From contig JBEPZY010000009.1 of assembly GCA_041640595.1 (NCBI GenBank), forward strand, positions 1 to 64,000: 64,000 nt of DNA, given 5' to 3'. The stretch comes from Gemmatales bacterium. Lineage in GTDB: Bacteria > Planctomycetota > Planctomycetia > Gemmatales > HRBIN36. Below, in pieces: positions 1 to 9,825 of the stretch (the first letter of the stretch is position 1; the number at the start of each line of letters is the position of its first letter). The notes beneath the pieces were generated by a model that saw only the letters and a list, made by a program, of their open reading frames with translations, did no database searches and had not been told where the DNA came from. The position numbers and the translations under genes were made by a program.

Positions 1-98
1 TTATGCGTATTCCAGCTGCAAATTCGACCGGAACATCGCTGCGTCCGGGAACGCGCCCACCACACATGCGTATTCCATCTGCGGATTCGTTACGTTCA

Positions 99-431
99 CC
101 ACGGGGGGCTTACGCCCCCCGCTCCTGTGTTGCAATGCGCATGTCTGACGGCGAAAAAAACGATTTTTGCGGTGCACAATCGCACGTTTATAAGAGCGGC
201 GGGCGTCAGCCCGCCGTGGTGTGGGAAAATCGTCCCAGCAGAGACGGTTCCGGCTGTTTGACCGACTCACGCTGGAACATGTTGCGAAACCACCCTGCAT
301 TAACGGAAAGTTTTCCCACGGCTGGCTTACGCAAGCCGCTCCTGGTCGTGATGACGGCAGTTGTGCGAAACATGCGTAATGCGCTGCGGATTCGATACGT
401 TCGTTACGGCTGGCTTACGCCAGCCGCTCCT
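99..431. repeat. REP-like palindrome array 1 (BIME-like), probably continuing off the left edge
   Basis: 28-bp hairpin units CCACGG[C/G][T/G]GGCT[T/G]ACGCC[A/C][G/C]CCGCTC[C/T]T at 99-126, 192-219 (inverted), 316-343 and 404-431. Confidence 0.85.
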
Positions 432-479
432 GGCAGTGTGAGCGTGGCCGCGTACAATAGGCACAAATTGAACTTCGGC

Positions 480-816
480 TTGAGCAATGCTGCTCCACCG
501 GGTGAGCGCCCAACGCTTTGAGCAACGCTCTCTTACCGAGCGATCGCCCAATGCTTCAAGCAACACTGCCAACGCGTAAGCTGTGTCGCTGACGACCAGC
601 CTAGGTCTTAGCAAGTGATCGCTCGATGCTTTGGGCAACGCTGGCGTACCGAACGACCGCCAGACGCTGTAGGCAATGCTGGCTTAGCAAGCGATGGTGT
701 GACGCCTTGGGCAACGCTGGCTTAACGAGTGTGCGAGGCTTTGAGCGACGCTGGCTTACGGAGCGATCGCCCGATTCAGTGCGCAACGCTGGCTTAGCTA
801 GCAATCGCCGGACGGT
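480..816. repeat. Degenerate ~38-bp tandem repeat, about 9 units
   Basis: Units start at 480, 518, 556, 593, 631, 669, 707, 741 and 779. Approximate consensus TTGRGCAACGCTGGCTTAnCRAGCGATCGCCCGAYGCT. Confidence 0.8.
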
Positions 817-962
817 TTCTGACCGCCGGATGCGGCAGGGTGCTGCAACCGATATTCTGCTGTGCGGGAGCATCGGTAAGGCTCGGGCCGAGTGTGTCGG
901 TCATCGTCAGCGGTGGCGTAAGGACGAATCATGCGACTTACCCAGCAATAGCGAGGCCAACT

Positions 963-2033
963 ATGCGGAAAATTCGCATCGGTAATGTCGAAGAAACGGT
1001 GGTGGAACGCTCCGATTATCCGCCGGAGCGAATCCGGGCTATTCTCGGCGACGAGACGATTGCTGTGCTCGGCTACGGTGTGCAGGGCCGCGGGCAATCG
1101 CTGAACATGCGCGATAACGGGCTGAACGTGATCATCGGCCTGCGGGAAAAAGGCGGGCGTAGCTGGGACCTGGCGGTGCAGGATGGCTGGGTCCCTGGCA
1201 AAACGTTGTTTTCGCTGGAAGAAGCGGCCCGGCGTGGCACGATCATCCAGTATTTGCTTTCCGATGCGGGACAGAAAGAGCAGTGGCCGGTGATTCGTCC
1301 GCACCTGACCCGCGGAAAGGCCCTGTATTTTTCGCACGGGTTTAGCATCGTGTACAAAGATCAGACCGGCGTCGTTCCTCCGCCGGATATTGATGTCATC
1401 CTGGTAGCGCCGAAAGGTTCCGGAACCACCGTCCGTCGGCATTTTCTGGAAGGGAAAGGCATTAACGCCAGCTATGCCGTGTATCAAGATGCCACCGGCC
1501 GGGCACTGGATCGCTGCCTGGCTCTGGGTATCGCCATCGGCTCCGGTTATCTGTTCGAGACCACGTTCGAGAAGGAGGTGTATAGCGATTTGACCGGCGA
1601 ACGTGGTGTGCTGATGGGAGCGATCTACGGTTTGTGGCTGGCGCAGTACGAAGTGCTGCGGGAGCACGGCCATTCTCCCACCGAGGCCTTCAACGAGACC
1701 GTGGAGGAAGCAACGCAGAGCCTTTACCCGCTCATCGGCGAAAACGGCATGGATTGGATGTACGCCAATTGCTCGACGACGGCCCAACGTGGGGCACTGG
1801 ACTGGTATCGGCGTTTCCGCGATGCCGTCAAACCACTTTTCGAGGAACTGTATCAGAAAGTGGCCAGCGGGGAAGAAACCCGCCGCGTCCTGGAAATGAA
1901 TAGCCGACCCGATTACCGCGAACAACTCGAAAAAGAGTTGCGGGAAATCCGCGAAAGCGAAATGTGGCAGGCGGGGGCAGTGGTTCGCTCTTTGCGTCCG
2001 GAACGAACGGGCTCGGCGAAAACGCGGAGCTAA
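963..2033 (+). CDS. ilvC: Ketol-acid reductoisomerase
   Basis: GYGVQGRGQ nucleotide-binding motif, SHGFS, VAPKGSG, SDLTGERGVL, MDWMYANCSTTAQRGALDW. ATG at 963 chosen within ORF 840..2033. Confidence 0.95.
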   Translation: MRKIRIGNVEETVVERSDYPPERIRAILGDETIAVLGYGVQGRGQSLNMRDNGLNVIIGLREKGGRSWDLAVQDGWVPGKTLFSLEEAARRGTIIQYLLSDAGQKEQWPVIRPHLTRGKALYFSHGFSIVYKDQTGVVPPPDIDVILVAPKGSGTTVRRHFLEGKGINASYAVYQDATGRALDRCLALGIAIGSGYLFETTFEKEVYSDLTGERGVLMGAIYGLWLAQYEVLREHGHSPTEAFNETVEEATQSLYPLIGENGMDWMYANCSTTAQRGALDWYRRFRDAVKPLFEELYQKVASGEETRRVLEMNSRPDYREQLEKELREIRESEMWQAGAVVRSLRPERTGSAKTRS

Positions 2034-2299
2034 CCAGTCGGCACAGCCGGTGGCATCCCGGCCAGCGATGCCGATAAATCCCGGCCAACTTCCCGCCCGC
2101 AGTGTGAAGGTCGCGTGAACCGTCAACCACTGCGGGAGCTTTGCCGCTATTTGCACGATAACCGATCGGTACCGCTTGGTCTGTTCCTGGCCGCACTGCC
2201 GCGACTGCCAGGCTGGTGGTATATTTTCTCGGCGGCGCCAACTGCTACCGCGAGCGTGATGCTGCCGAATCAGCGTCAACCCACGCAAGGAATCTGTCG

Positions 2300-3802
2300 G
2301 TGACCAGCACGGCTTCCCGCTATGTGCAGACTTTGCCGACGCTGACCGCTTCGCCTGGCCAGGCGGTGAGCGAAGCGCGTCTGGGCAGTCGCATTGATTA
2401 CGAACTGTTTCTGGATTGCGTGCACTGCGGTTTGTGCACGGCCGCCTGCCCGACGTTTCTGGAACTGGGCACGGAAATGGACAGCCCGCGCGGACGCATT
2501 TACCTGATGCGAGGCGTTGTGGATGGCCGCATTCCGCTGGACGAAGAAGTGCGGCGTCATCTGGCGTTGTGTCTGGATTGTCGGGCCTGCGAAAGCGCCT
2601 GTCCTTCCGGTGTGCAATACAGTCGCCTGCTCGAACCGTTTCGGGCAGAATTACAGGAACACGGTCTGGGCGATTCCTGGCCGGGCTGGTTGCGGTTTTT
2701 GCTTTTCCAGCTTTTTCCTCGGCCGCGCTGGACGTGGTGGTCGCTTACGCCGGCGCGCCTGCTGCAACGGTTGTTCGGTCAGGACTGGTGGCGGGGTCTG
2801 GCCGCGGTGCTGCCGGAAAAAGTCCGCTCGCTGTTAGCGATGCTGCCGCGCCTGGCCAATCGCTATCTCCGCTGGCCGGTTCGGTTGGCACCGTATGGTC
2901 CACGCCGGGCTCGCGTGGCTGTTTTCACCGGCTGTGTCAACCAGGTTCTCTTCCCGCAGGTGAACGAAGCGACGGTGCGGCTCTTGCAGTTTCAGGGTTG
3001 TGAAGTGCTGGTGCCACGCCAGCAGGTGTGTTGTGGCGCTTTGCATTACCACGCCGGGCAATGGTCGTTGGCCCAGAAGTACGCCGCTGCCAATTTACAT
3101 GCCTTCCCTGACGACGTGGACGCGATCGTGGTGAATGTAGCCGGTTGCGGCAGTACGCTCAAGGAGTACGGCCATCTTCTGGCGAACACCCCCCTGGCCG
3201 AACGTGGACGCAGGTTTTCCGAGCGGGTGCAGGATGTGCTGGAATTTCTGGCCCGACTCGACTTCTATCCGCCCAACTATGCTCTGCCCATCCGTGCCAC
3301 GTACCACGACGCTTGCCATCTCTGTCATGCCCAGCGTCTGCGTGAGCCACCCCGGCAGCTTTTGCGGCAAATTCCTGAGCTGGAACTGGTGTCTTTACCG
3401 GAAAGCGAGGTTTGTTGCGGGGCTGCCGGTAGCTACAATCTGACGCAGCCGGAGATGGCCGAGCGTCTCGGTCGCCGCAAAGCCGAGCATATACTGCGTC
3501 TGGGCGTCCAGGCCGTCTTCACTGCCAATGCCGGCTGCTTGTTGCAAATCCAGCGTTACCTGCGTGAATATCAACTCACCGGCCGAAAGTTGTCCAAACC
3601 CAGGCCAACCCGAAAATCTCCTTCCGCCACGCTCAAGCAGGAACCTGGACCCGACGTTCGTCAGACCGACACATTCTCGTCCGCCGCCACTGTCGGCAAC
3701 GGAACATCCCTCTGGGTCGCTCATCCGGTGGAAGCGCTTTGGGTTGCCTGCCACGGTCACCTGCCCCATCCCGGTATTCCGGTGCGAGTCCGGGAATTGT
3801 GA
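2300..3802 (+). CDS. GlcF-like Fe-S oxidoreductase (glycolate oxidase iron-sulfur subunit family)
   Basis: CVHCGLCTAACP and CLDCRACESACP ferredoxin motifs plus two CCG domains (QVCCGAL, YHDACHL, VCCGAAG). GTG start at 2300 is uncertain. Confidence 0.85.
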   Translation: MTSTASRYVQTLPTLTASPGQAVSEARLGSRIDYELFLDCVHCGLCTAACPTFLELGTEMDSPRGRIYLMRGVVDGRIPLDEEVRRHLALCLDCRACESACPSGVQYSRLLEPFRAELQEHGLGDSWPGWLRFLLFQLFPRPRWTWWSLTPARLLQRLFGQDWWRGLAAVLPEKVRSLLAMLPRLANRYLRWPVRLAPYGPRRARVAVFTGCVNQVLFPQVNEATVRLLQFQGCEVLVPRQQVCCGALHYHAGQWSLAQKYAAANLHAFPDDVDAIVVNVAGCGSTLKEYGHLLANTPLAERGRRFSERVQDVLEFLARLDFYPPNYALPIRATYHDACHLCHAQRLREPPRQLLRQIPELELVSLPESEVCCGAAGSYNLTQPEMAERLGRRKAEHILRLGVQAVFTANAGCLLQIQRYLREYQLTGRKLSKPRPTRKSPSATLKQEPGPDVRQTDTFSSAATVGNGTSLWVAHPVEALWVACHGHLPHPGIPVRVREL

Positions 3803-3886
3803 TGACGCATTTCCGCTTGCTCCCAGGACAGGAGCCAAACGGGATTACTGCTTCCGGCGCGTGGCCAAACGATTACAATAACGGCG

Positions 3887-5038
3887 ATGGCTGAGATAGT
3901 GCACTGGTCAAATCCTCACCAGCAGCGTCGTATTGTCGAAACGGCCCTCCGCACGCTGGAACTGGGTGGGCTGGTCATTTTCCCGACCGAAACCGTGTAC
4001 GGCGTAGCCGCTAGTGCGCTTCATGCGGAAGGCGTGGAGCGGCTGATTCACTGCAAGGGTCGCCCCGAAGATAAGCCTCTAGCTCTGGCTCTGCCTCACG
4101 CTGCCGCGGGACGCGATTGGGTGCCGTACATGAGTCCTCTGGCTCGTCGTCTGTGCCGACGCTGCTGGCCAGGCCCGGTTACCCTGGTATTTCGTCATGG
4201 CTGGCAGGAGGGTCTGATCACGCGGTTACCCGAGGGCGTGCGCCGATATGTGGTTCCCGGCAGCACACTGGGTATCCGTATCCCTGACCATGACGCCATT
4301 CGGCAAGTGCTGCGACGCCTGCCCGGCCCGCTGGTACTCACCAGCGCTAACCGCAGCGGCGAACCCGCCACCAGCACCGGTGCCGATGCTGCTGCCGCAC
4401 TCGGTCAGGCGGTGGACATCGTCATTGACGATGGTCCCTGCCGTTATCGCGAAGCCTCCACCGTCGTGGAAGTGGATGAACATCAGTATCGCATTCTGCG
4501 AGCAGGGGCGGTCTCGGCAGAGTCGCTGGCGCGGCTGAGCAGTTGTATCGTCCTGTTTGTGTGCAGCGGGAACACCTGTCGCAGTCCCCTGGCGGCTGCT
4601 TTGTGTCGCAAGTTCCTGGCCGAGAAACTTGCCTGCTCCGAGGAGCAATTGCCGCAACACGGGTTCCTGATTCTTTCGGCAGGAACGTCGGCAATTCCTG
4701 GCCAGCCCGCCACGGCTCAGGCTGTCGAAGCCGCCTCCCGCTTGGGTGCCCGTCTGGCCGACCACCTCTCCCAACCTCTGACGGCATCGCTCCTGTATCA
4801 GGCCGATTTCATTTTCACCATGACCCGCAGCCATTTCGAAACCGTGCAAAGGCATCTGGGTGATGGCGAAGCAGTCGTCCAGTTGCTCGACCCTGCCGGC
4901 CAGGATATAGCTGATCCCATCGGTGGGGACGCAGCGGCTTACGAGCAATGCGCGCGGCAAATTGCCGATGCCGTCGCCGCCCGTGTCGAAACTTCCCTGT
5001 TCCCATGCCACCAGACCGCCGGGCTCTCGAAGACCTGA
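3887..5038 (+). CDS. Threonylcarbamoyl-AMP synthase (Sua5/YrdC/TsaC) fused to a low-molecular-weight protein phosphatase
   Basis: PTETVYG, KGRP and LTSANRSG (YrdC domain). C-terminal FVCSGNTCRSP P-loop and DIADPIG (LMW-PTP). Confidence 0.9.
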   Translation: MAEIVHWSNPHQQRRIVETALRTLELGGLVIFPTETVYGVAASALHAEGVERLIHCKGRPEDKPLALALPHAAAGRDWVPYMSPLARRLCRRCWPGPVTLVFRHGWQEGLITRLPEGVRRYVVPGSTLGIRIPDHDAIRQVLRRLPGPLVLTSANRSGEPATSTGADAAAALGQAVDIVIDDGPCRYREASTVVEVDEHQYRILRAGAVSAESLARLSSCIVLFVCSGNTCRSPLAAALCRKFLAEKLACSEEQLPQHGFLILSAGTSAIPGQPATAQAVEAASRLGARLADHLSQPLTASLLYQADFIFTMTRSHFETVQRHLGDGEAVVQLLDPAGQDIADPIGGDAAAYEQCARQIADAVAARVETSLFPCHQTAGLSKT

Positions 5039-8004
5039 CCCTGCAATTTGGCCGCGTTTTATTCGACGGTCTGGAAGGTTTCCACCCACCGCTCTTTTCG
5101 TCGGATTGGTGGCAGGAGCAATGGTTGCGAAGCATAGTGAACCGACCGTCGCTCAAGACGCAATTGTTTCGCCTGATCGACGTCCTTCCTATGTTGAACT
5201 GCGACAGTGCTCTGGTTCGCCACCTGCGCGAATATCTGGAACTGGCGGAAGCGGACCTGCCTCGGTGGCTGGTTCGCCTGGTGCGTGTGCTTCCGGAACA
5301 CGGACCGCTGGCCCGTTTGGTTGCCTGGCTGGCTCGCCGACAGGCTCTCCTCACCGCTCGGCAGTTTATCGCCGGCGAAACACTTGCCGAAGCCATTGCC
5401 GCCATCAGCCGTTTGCGTCAGCGGCGGCTCAGCTGGACGCTTGACCTGCTCGGGGAAGCCGTCCTCACCGAAAGCGAAGCTCAGCGCTATTTAGAATTAA
5501 ACATCCAGCTCCTGCACCAGCTCGCTCAGCAAGCGGTTGCCTGGCCGGAAATCCCTTTCCTGGATCGCGACTTCGACGGTCGCCCGATTCCCCGTGTGAA
5601 CCTTTCTATCAAGTTATCCTCCTTCTATAGTCGTTTCGACCCCATTGATCCGGGCACCACCGCCAGCGAAGTATCGGCGCGTTTGCGTCCGTTATTAGAA
5701 ACGGCCCGGCAAGTGCACGCCTTTATTTATTTTGACATGGAGCAATACGCCTATAAAGACCTGACCCTGGACATCTTTTGCTCCCTAATGTCAGAAAAAC
5801 CCTTCGACGATTGGCCCCACGTCGGAATCGCCCTGCAGGCTTACTTACGCGATACTCCCAATGACTTAGAACGCTTATTACGCTGGGCGGAACAACGGCG
5901 CACGCCTTTCTGGATACGTTTAGTAAAGGGGGCCTACTGGGACTACGAAGTCATTGTCGCCAGCCAGAAAAACTGGCCGGCTCCTGTCTGGCTGGAAAAA
6001 TGGCAGACCGATGCCCAGTTCGAGGCCTTAACCGAACGGCTACTCCAGCAAAGGCAGGTTCGACCGGCGATTGCCAGCCATAATCTCCGCAGTCTGGCTC
6101 ACGCTCTCGCAGCCGCGGAATATTACCAGTTACCGCCCGGCTTTTGTGAATTCCAGGTCCTTTACGGCATGGGCGACCGCATTGCCGATCGCTTAGTGGC
6201 CCTTGGACAAAGAGTCCGCGTCTATACACCGTTCGGCGAACTTATCCCTGGCGTAGCCTACTTAGTGCGGCGATTATTAGAAAACACCTCGAACCAGTCC
6301 TTCTTGCGTGCCACTTTCTTAGAGCACGTCCGAGAAGAGGAGTTGCTTATGAGTCCGCAACAGCAAGCCCTGCGGCAAATAACACGTCGCACCGACTCGC
6401 AACAGCTAACCGAATCCACGCAAATAACAACCACTGAATTTCGAAACGAACCCCATACCGATTTTAGCCGTGCCGAAGCTCGTCGGGCTATGTTCGAGGC
6501 ATTAGCTCGGGTCGGCCAGGAGTTAGGACTAACATATCCTCTAATCATCAACGGCAAGCCCGTGGAAACTTCCGAGCGGTGCGAAGTTTATAATCCCTCG
6601 CATAAACGTCAACTCCTCGGTATCGTTCACTTCGCCGGAATTGAACAGGCCGAACAGGCTCTAAGCATTGCTCAGGCGTCGTTTCCGCAGTGGCGGGATA
6701 CACCGGTGCGGGAACGGGCGGACTTGTTACGGCGACTGGCGGACTGGTTAAGTGAGCGGCGATTCTGGCTGGCAGCCTGGGAAGTATATGAATGCGGCAA
6801 ACCCTGGCGCGAAGCCGACGCCGATATCGCCGAGGCTATAGATTTTTGTCGCTATTACGCTGAGGAGATGGAACGTCTGGCTGCACCACGCCGCCGTGAT
6901 GTCCCCGGCGAATTGAACGAATATTTCTACGAACCCCGCGGTGTCTGCGTGGTGATCGCTCCCTGGAATTTTCCCCTGGCTATTCTCACCGGTATGACCA
7001 CTGCTGCCCTAGTGTGTGGCAATACCGTTATTATGAAGCCGGCGGAGCAATCCAGCATTACCGCGTTCGGGCTGATGCGCGGCTTGCAAGAGGTTGGATG
7101 TCCGCCTGGCGTTGTGCAGTACCTGCCTGGTCGTGGCGAGGAGATCGGGCCTTATTTAGTTGGTCACCGCGACGTTCATATTATTGCCTTTACTGGCTCC
7201 CGCGCTGTCGGTCTGGCTATCCATGAGCTGGCAGCGAAAATGCAACCCGGCCAGCAACACGTCAAGAAGGTGATCGCGGAAATGGGCGGGAAAAACGCGA
7301 TCATCATTGACGACGATGCCGACTTAGATGAGGCTGTGGAGGGTGTGATCTATTGCGCTTTCGGCTATCAAGGCCAGAAATGCTCCGCCTGCTCGCGGGT
7401 CATCGTGCTTAGTCCTATCTATGATCGTTTCGTCGCACGATTAGTCGAGGCAACCAAAAGCCTGAAGATCGCACCGGCCGAGGATCCCGGTTGCGATATT
7501 GGTCCCGTTATTAGTGCCGAAGCTTATAGCCGTATCTACCAGGCAATTGAGGAAGCCAAACGGGACGCAACGTTGCTCTACGCCGGTTCGGCGGGCGCGC
7601 TGGCCGAAGAAGGATACTATGTCCCGCCTCACATTTTTGTGGATGTGCCGCCCCAGTGTCCACTGGCGCAGGAAGAGATTTTCGGCCCGGTCCTGGCCGT
7701 GTTTCGTAGCGAAAACTTACAGGAGGCACTCACTCTTGCCAATGGCGTCAGTTATGCACTTACGGGTGGATTTTATTCGCGGAGTCCGGCCCACATTGCC
7801 CTGGTTCGTAAAGAATTCCGTGTCGGCAACCTTTATATCAACCGTCCCATTGTTGGGGCCTTAGTCGATCGGCAACCGTTTGGCGGATTTAAGCTTTCCG
7901 GTATAGGTTCTAAAGCAGGAGGCCCGGATTACCTCTTACAATTTCTGCTGCCGCGGACGATTACAGAAAATATTCTCCGGCACGGATTCGCTCCCTTAGA
8001 CTGA
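5005..8004 (+). CDS. putA: Bifunctional proline dehydrogenase / P5C dehydrogenase
   Basis: DLLGEA, IRLVKGAYWD, ASHNLRS, YLVRRLLENTSN (PRODH). PWNFPLAI, AEMGGKNA, GQKCSAC, EEIFGPV, QPFGG (ALDH). Confidence 0.93.
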   Translation: MPPDRRALEDLTLQFGRVLFDGLEGFHPPLFSSDWWQEQWLRSIVNRPSLKTQLFRLIDVLPMLNCDSALVRHLREYLELAEADLPRWLVRLVRVLPEHGPLARLVAWLARRQALLTARQFIAGETLAEAIAAISRLRQRRLSWTLDLLGEAVLTESEAQRYLELNIQLLHQLAQQAVAWPEIPFLDRDFDGRPIPRVNLSIKLSSFYSRFDPIDPGTTASEVSARLRPLLETARQVHAFIYFDMEQYAYKDLTLDIFCSLMSEKPFDDWPHVGIALQAYLRDTPNDLERLLRWAEQRRTPFWIRLVKGAYWDYEVIVASQKNWPAPVWLEKWQTDAQFEALTERLLQQRQVRPAIASHNLRSLAHALAAAEYYQLPPGFCEFQVLYGMGDRIADRLVALGQRVRVYTPFGELIPGVAYLVRRLLENTSNQSFLRATFLEHVREEELLMSPQQQALRQITRRTDSQQLTESTQITTTEFRNEPHTDFSRAEARRAMFEALARVGQELGLTYPLIINGKPVETSERCEVYNPSHKRQLLGIVHFAGIEQAEQALSIAQASFPQWRDTPVRERADLLRRLADWLSERRFWLAAWEVYECGKPWREADADIAEAIDFCRYYAEEMERLAAPRRRDVPGELNEYFYEPRGVCVVIAPWNFPLAILTGMTTAALVCGNTVIMKPAEQSSITAFGLMRGLQEVGCPPGVVQYLPGRGEEIGPYLVGHRDVHIIAFTGSRAVGLAIHELAAKMQPGQQHVKKVIAEMGGKNAIIIDDDADLDEAVEGVIYCAFGYQGQKCSACSRVIVLSPIYDRFVARLVEATKSLKIAPAEDPGCDIGPVISAEAYSRIYQAIEEAKRDATLLYAGSAGALAEEGYYVPPHIFVDVPPQCPLAQEEIFGPVLAVFRSENLQEALTLANGVSYALTGGFYSRSPAHIALVRKEFRVGNLYINRPIVGALVDRQPFGGFKLSGIGSKAGGPDYLLQFLLPRTITENILRHGFAPLD

Positions 8005-8052
8005 TCAAGCTGGCTCTGTGCGTTCCTGCATTCCGACCTGAATCAAAATGTG

Positions 8053-9738
8053 TCAGTTCGCTTTACCGGGGCCCGTTTTTCCAGCAGGCTTGCCCGGCAC
8101 TTCGTCGGGGGAAAGAACAGCCTTTTGCTGACGAAGCTTTTCTCGCAGTTGCTCGATGGGTATTTCCTGCACGGAGCATTGCTTTTCGATTGCCAGATGC
8201 GCAGCGACGCCGGAAGCCTGACCAAGAATCATATAAACCGGCTCCATACGAATACTACCATAAGCCACATGCGTTGCGGACAGACACACTGGCACTAATA
8301 AATTCGCACATTCCTCTCGCTTAGGCACCAGAGCGCGATAGGATATGCTGTAAGGCTGAACCCGCACCTGAAAATCGCCTTCGTTGATAACACCGCCGTC
8401 CTTAGTAGGCACGCGCTGAACGTGGTGGGAATCCATGTTATAAGAACCCAGTCCGACCGAATCGTCTTTATAGCGGTTCTCCTGAATATCGTGCTGGGTC
8501 ATCACGTAAAGGCCCCGCATACGGCGTGCCTCGCGGATATAGAGTTGCGGTGGCCAGTTGTTATTCTCCACGAACTCATCTTTCGCCAAACCCCAGGAAC
8601 GAACCTCCTCTTGAAGCTTAGGGGGCACGCGAGGATCGTGGGCCAGGAAATAGAAGAAGCCCTGCGTATATTCCTGATGGTCTTGCCAGATGCGTCGCCG
8701 CGTTGTCTCGTCGCCGTCGGGATAGTCCCAATTAGCACCGATGTGGTCAGTTGAAATGGGACCGTTGTTATTAGTGTCCGTCTTACCATTAGGCACAGGG
8801 ACAGGGTTGCACAGCTCGGCGAACTTGACATCAGGACGTGCAGCAAGGTACCGGGCTAGCAGTTCATATCGAGCCGGATCATAGTTTCGCGGTCGAGGCC
8901 AGGGCAAACGTAAATCCGCTCGCTGGGTTAGACAGAGGCGGAAGTTATAAGCCTGCACCTTGCGGTCGCCGGTGCCCGGCGGATCAAGGGGACCGGTTTG
9001 CACCAGCGGCAGCAATCGGCCGAGTTTGTCATACGGCGAAACCTTGACATACCACTGATGTGCTTTGCTGAACTCCTGCACGCCTGCCAGGGATTCACCG
9101 AAATCCTTACGCCCTTCCCGTCCGATGACATAACTGACCCCGGCCCGGGCGAGCAAATCGCCTTCGTAACTGGCATCTATATAAACCTGGGCTTTCCAGA
9201 CTCGGCCTTTTCCGGTCGTAATCGTGATAAGGCGGTTACCCTCTTTTTGTACGCTACGCAAGGGTTGGCCAGTATAGACCTTGATTCCGCATTCCTCGAT
9301 GAGATCGCGATAGACACGCTGGGCGACATGCGGCTCGAAGCGGAAACCGGTGCGGCAATCTCGAACCTGGGGCGAATCTTTACCGTAGCGGTGAATATAG
9401 TAGTCGTGAATGCGGTTGTAAAATTCACGAGAATAACCCCCGATGGCCCCAGGATTGCCGACGTCGGTGGCCCCTAAGCCACCTGTGGTCATGCCCCCCA
9501 GATGATTACTGGCTTCCAGGAGAATGACCTGTCTTTTCTCTCTCGCAAGTGTTACGGCAGCGATAATTCCAGCACTGGTTCCACCGTAAATTACTACGTC
9601 TGCCGATTCTATATTCTGCTCAGCGCCATAAGCATGGTCGGGCAACGGAAATGAAAAGCGGAGCCATTGTTCCGCGGCGGCTGCCAGAGCCGTTACCATC
9701 ACACCCAGCGTCATTATCCGGCGTGAAGGCTTGCGCAT
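8053..9738 (-). CDS. Secreted FAD-dependent oxidoreductase (FAD_oxidored family)
   Basis: N-terminal signal-like stretch, DVVIYGGTSAG, IDASYEGDLLARAGV, LYIREARRM, SATHVAYGSIRMEP. Confidence 0.85.
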   Translation of the reverse strand: MRKPSRRIMTLGVMVTALAAAAEQWLRFSFPLPDHAYGAEQNIESADVVIYGGTSAGIIAAVTLAREKRQVILLEASNHLGGMTTGGLGATDVGNPGAIGGYSREFYNRIHDYYIHRYGKDSPQVRDCRTGFRFEPHVAQRVYRDLIEECGIKVYTGQPLRSVQKEGNRLITITTGKGRVWKAQVYIDASYEGDLLARAGVSYVIGREGRKDFGESLAGVQEFSKAHQWYVKVSPYDKLGRLLPLVQTGPLDPPGTGDRKVQAYNFRLCLTQRADLRLPWPRPRNYDPARYELLARYLAARPDVKFAELCNPVPVPNGKTDTNNNGPISTDHIGANWDYPDGDETTRRRIWQDHQEYTQGFFYFLAHDPRVPPKLQEEVRSWGLAKDEFVENNNWPPQLYIREARRMRGLYVMTQHDIQENRYKDDSVGLGSYNMDSHHVQRVPTKDGGVINEGDFQVRVQPYSISYRALVPKREECANLLVPVCLSATHVAYGSIRMEPVYMILGQASGVAAHLAIEKQCSVQEIPIEQLREKLRQQKAVLSPDEVPGKPAGKTGPGKAN

Positions 9739-9825
9739 GGTAAAAATTCTCCTTGTCCAGAGCGGCGTGTCTCTTAGTAATTGCGGAGCGGCAATGACGG
9801 TGAGCTAAGTTTGGTCTGGATGCGA

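Noticed and set aside
480..816. CRISPR array or cyanobacterial HIP1 signal
   Set aside because: The units are contiguous and degenerate with no repeat-spacer structure. GCGATCGC occurs in only some units.
1..985. ORFs 1..300, 3..521, 327..638, 601..873 and 626..985
   Set aside because: They are translations of repeat DNA (SGGRQPAV/TAGLR-type motifs) with no recognisable domain.
3570..3710. ~40-aa insertion near the C-terminus of the GlcF-like protein, considered as an intein or mobile insert
   Set aside because: It is too short, has no intein terminal residues and looks like a low-complexity loop.
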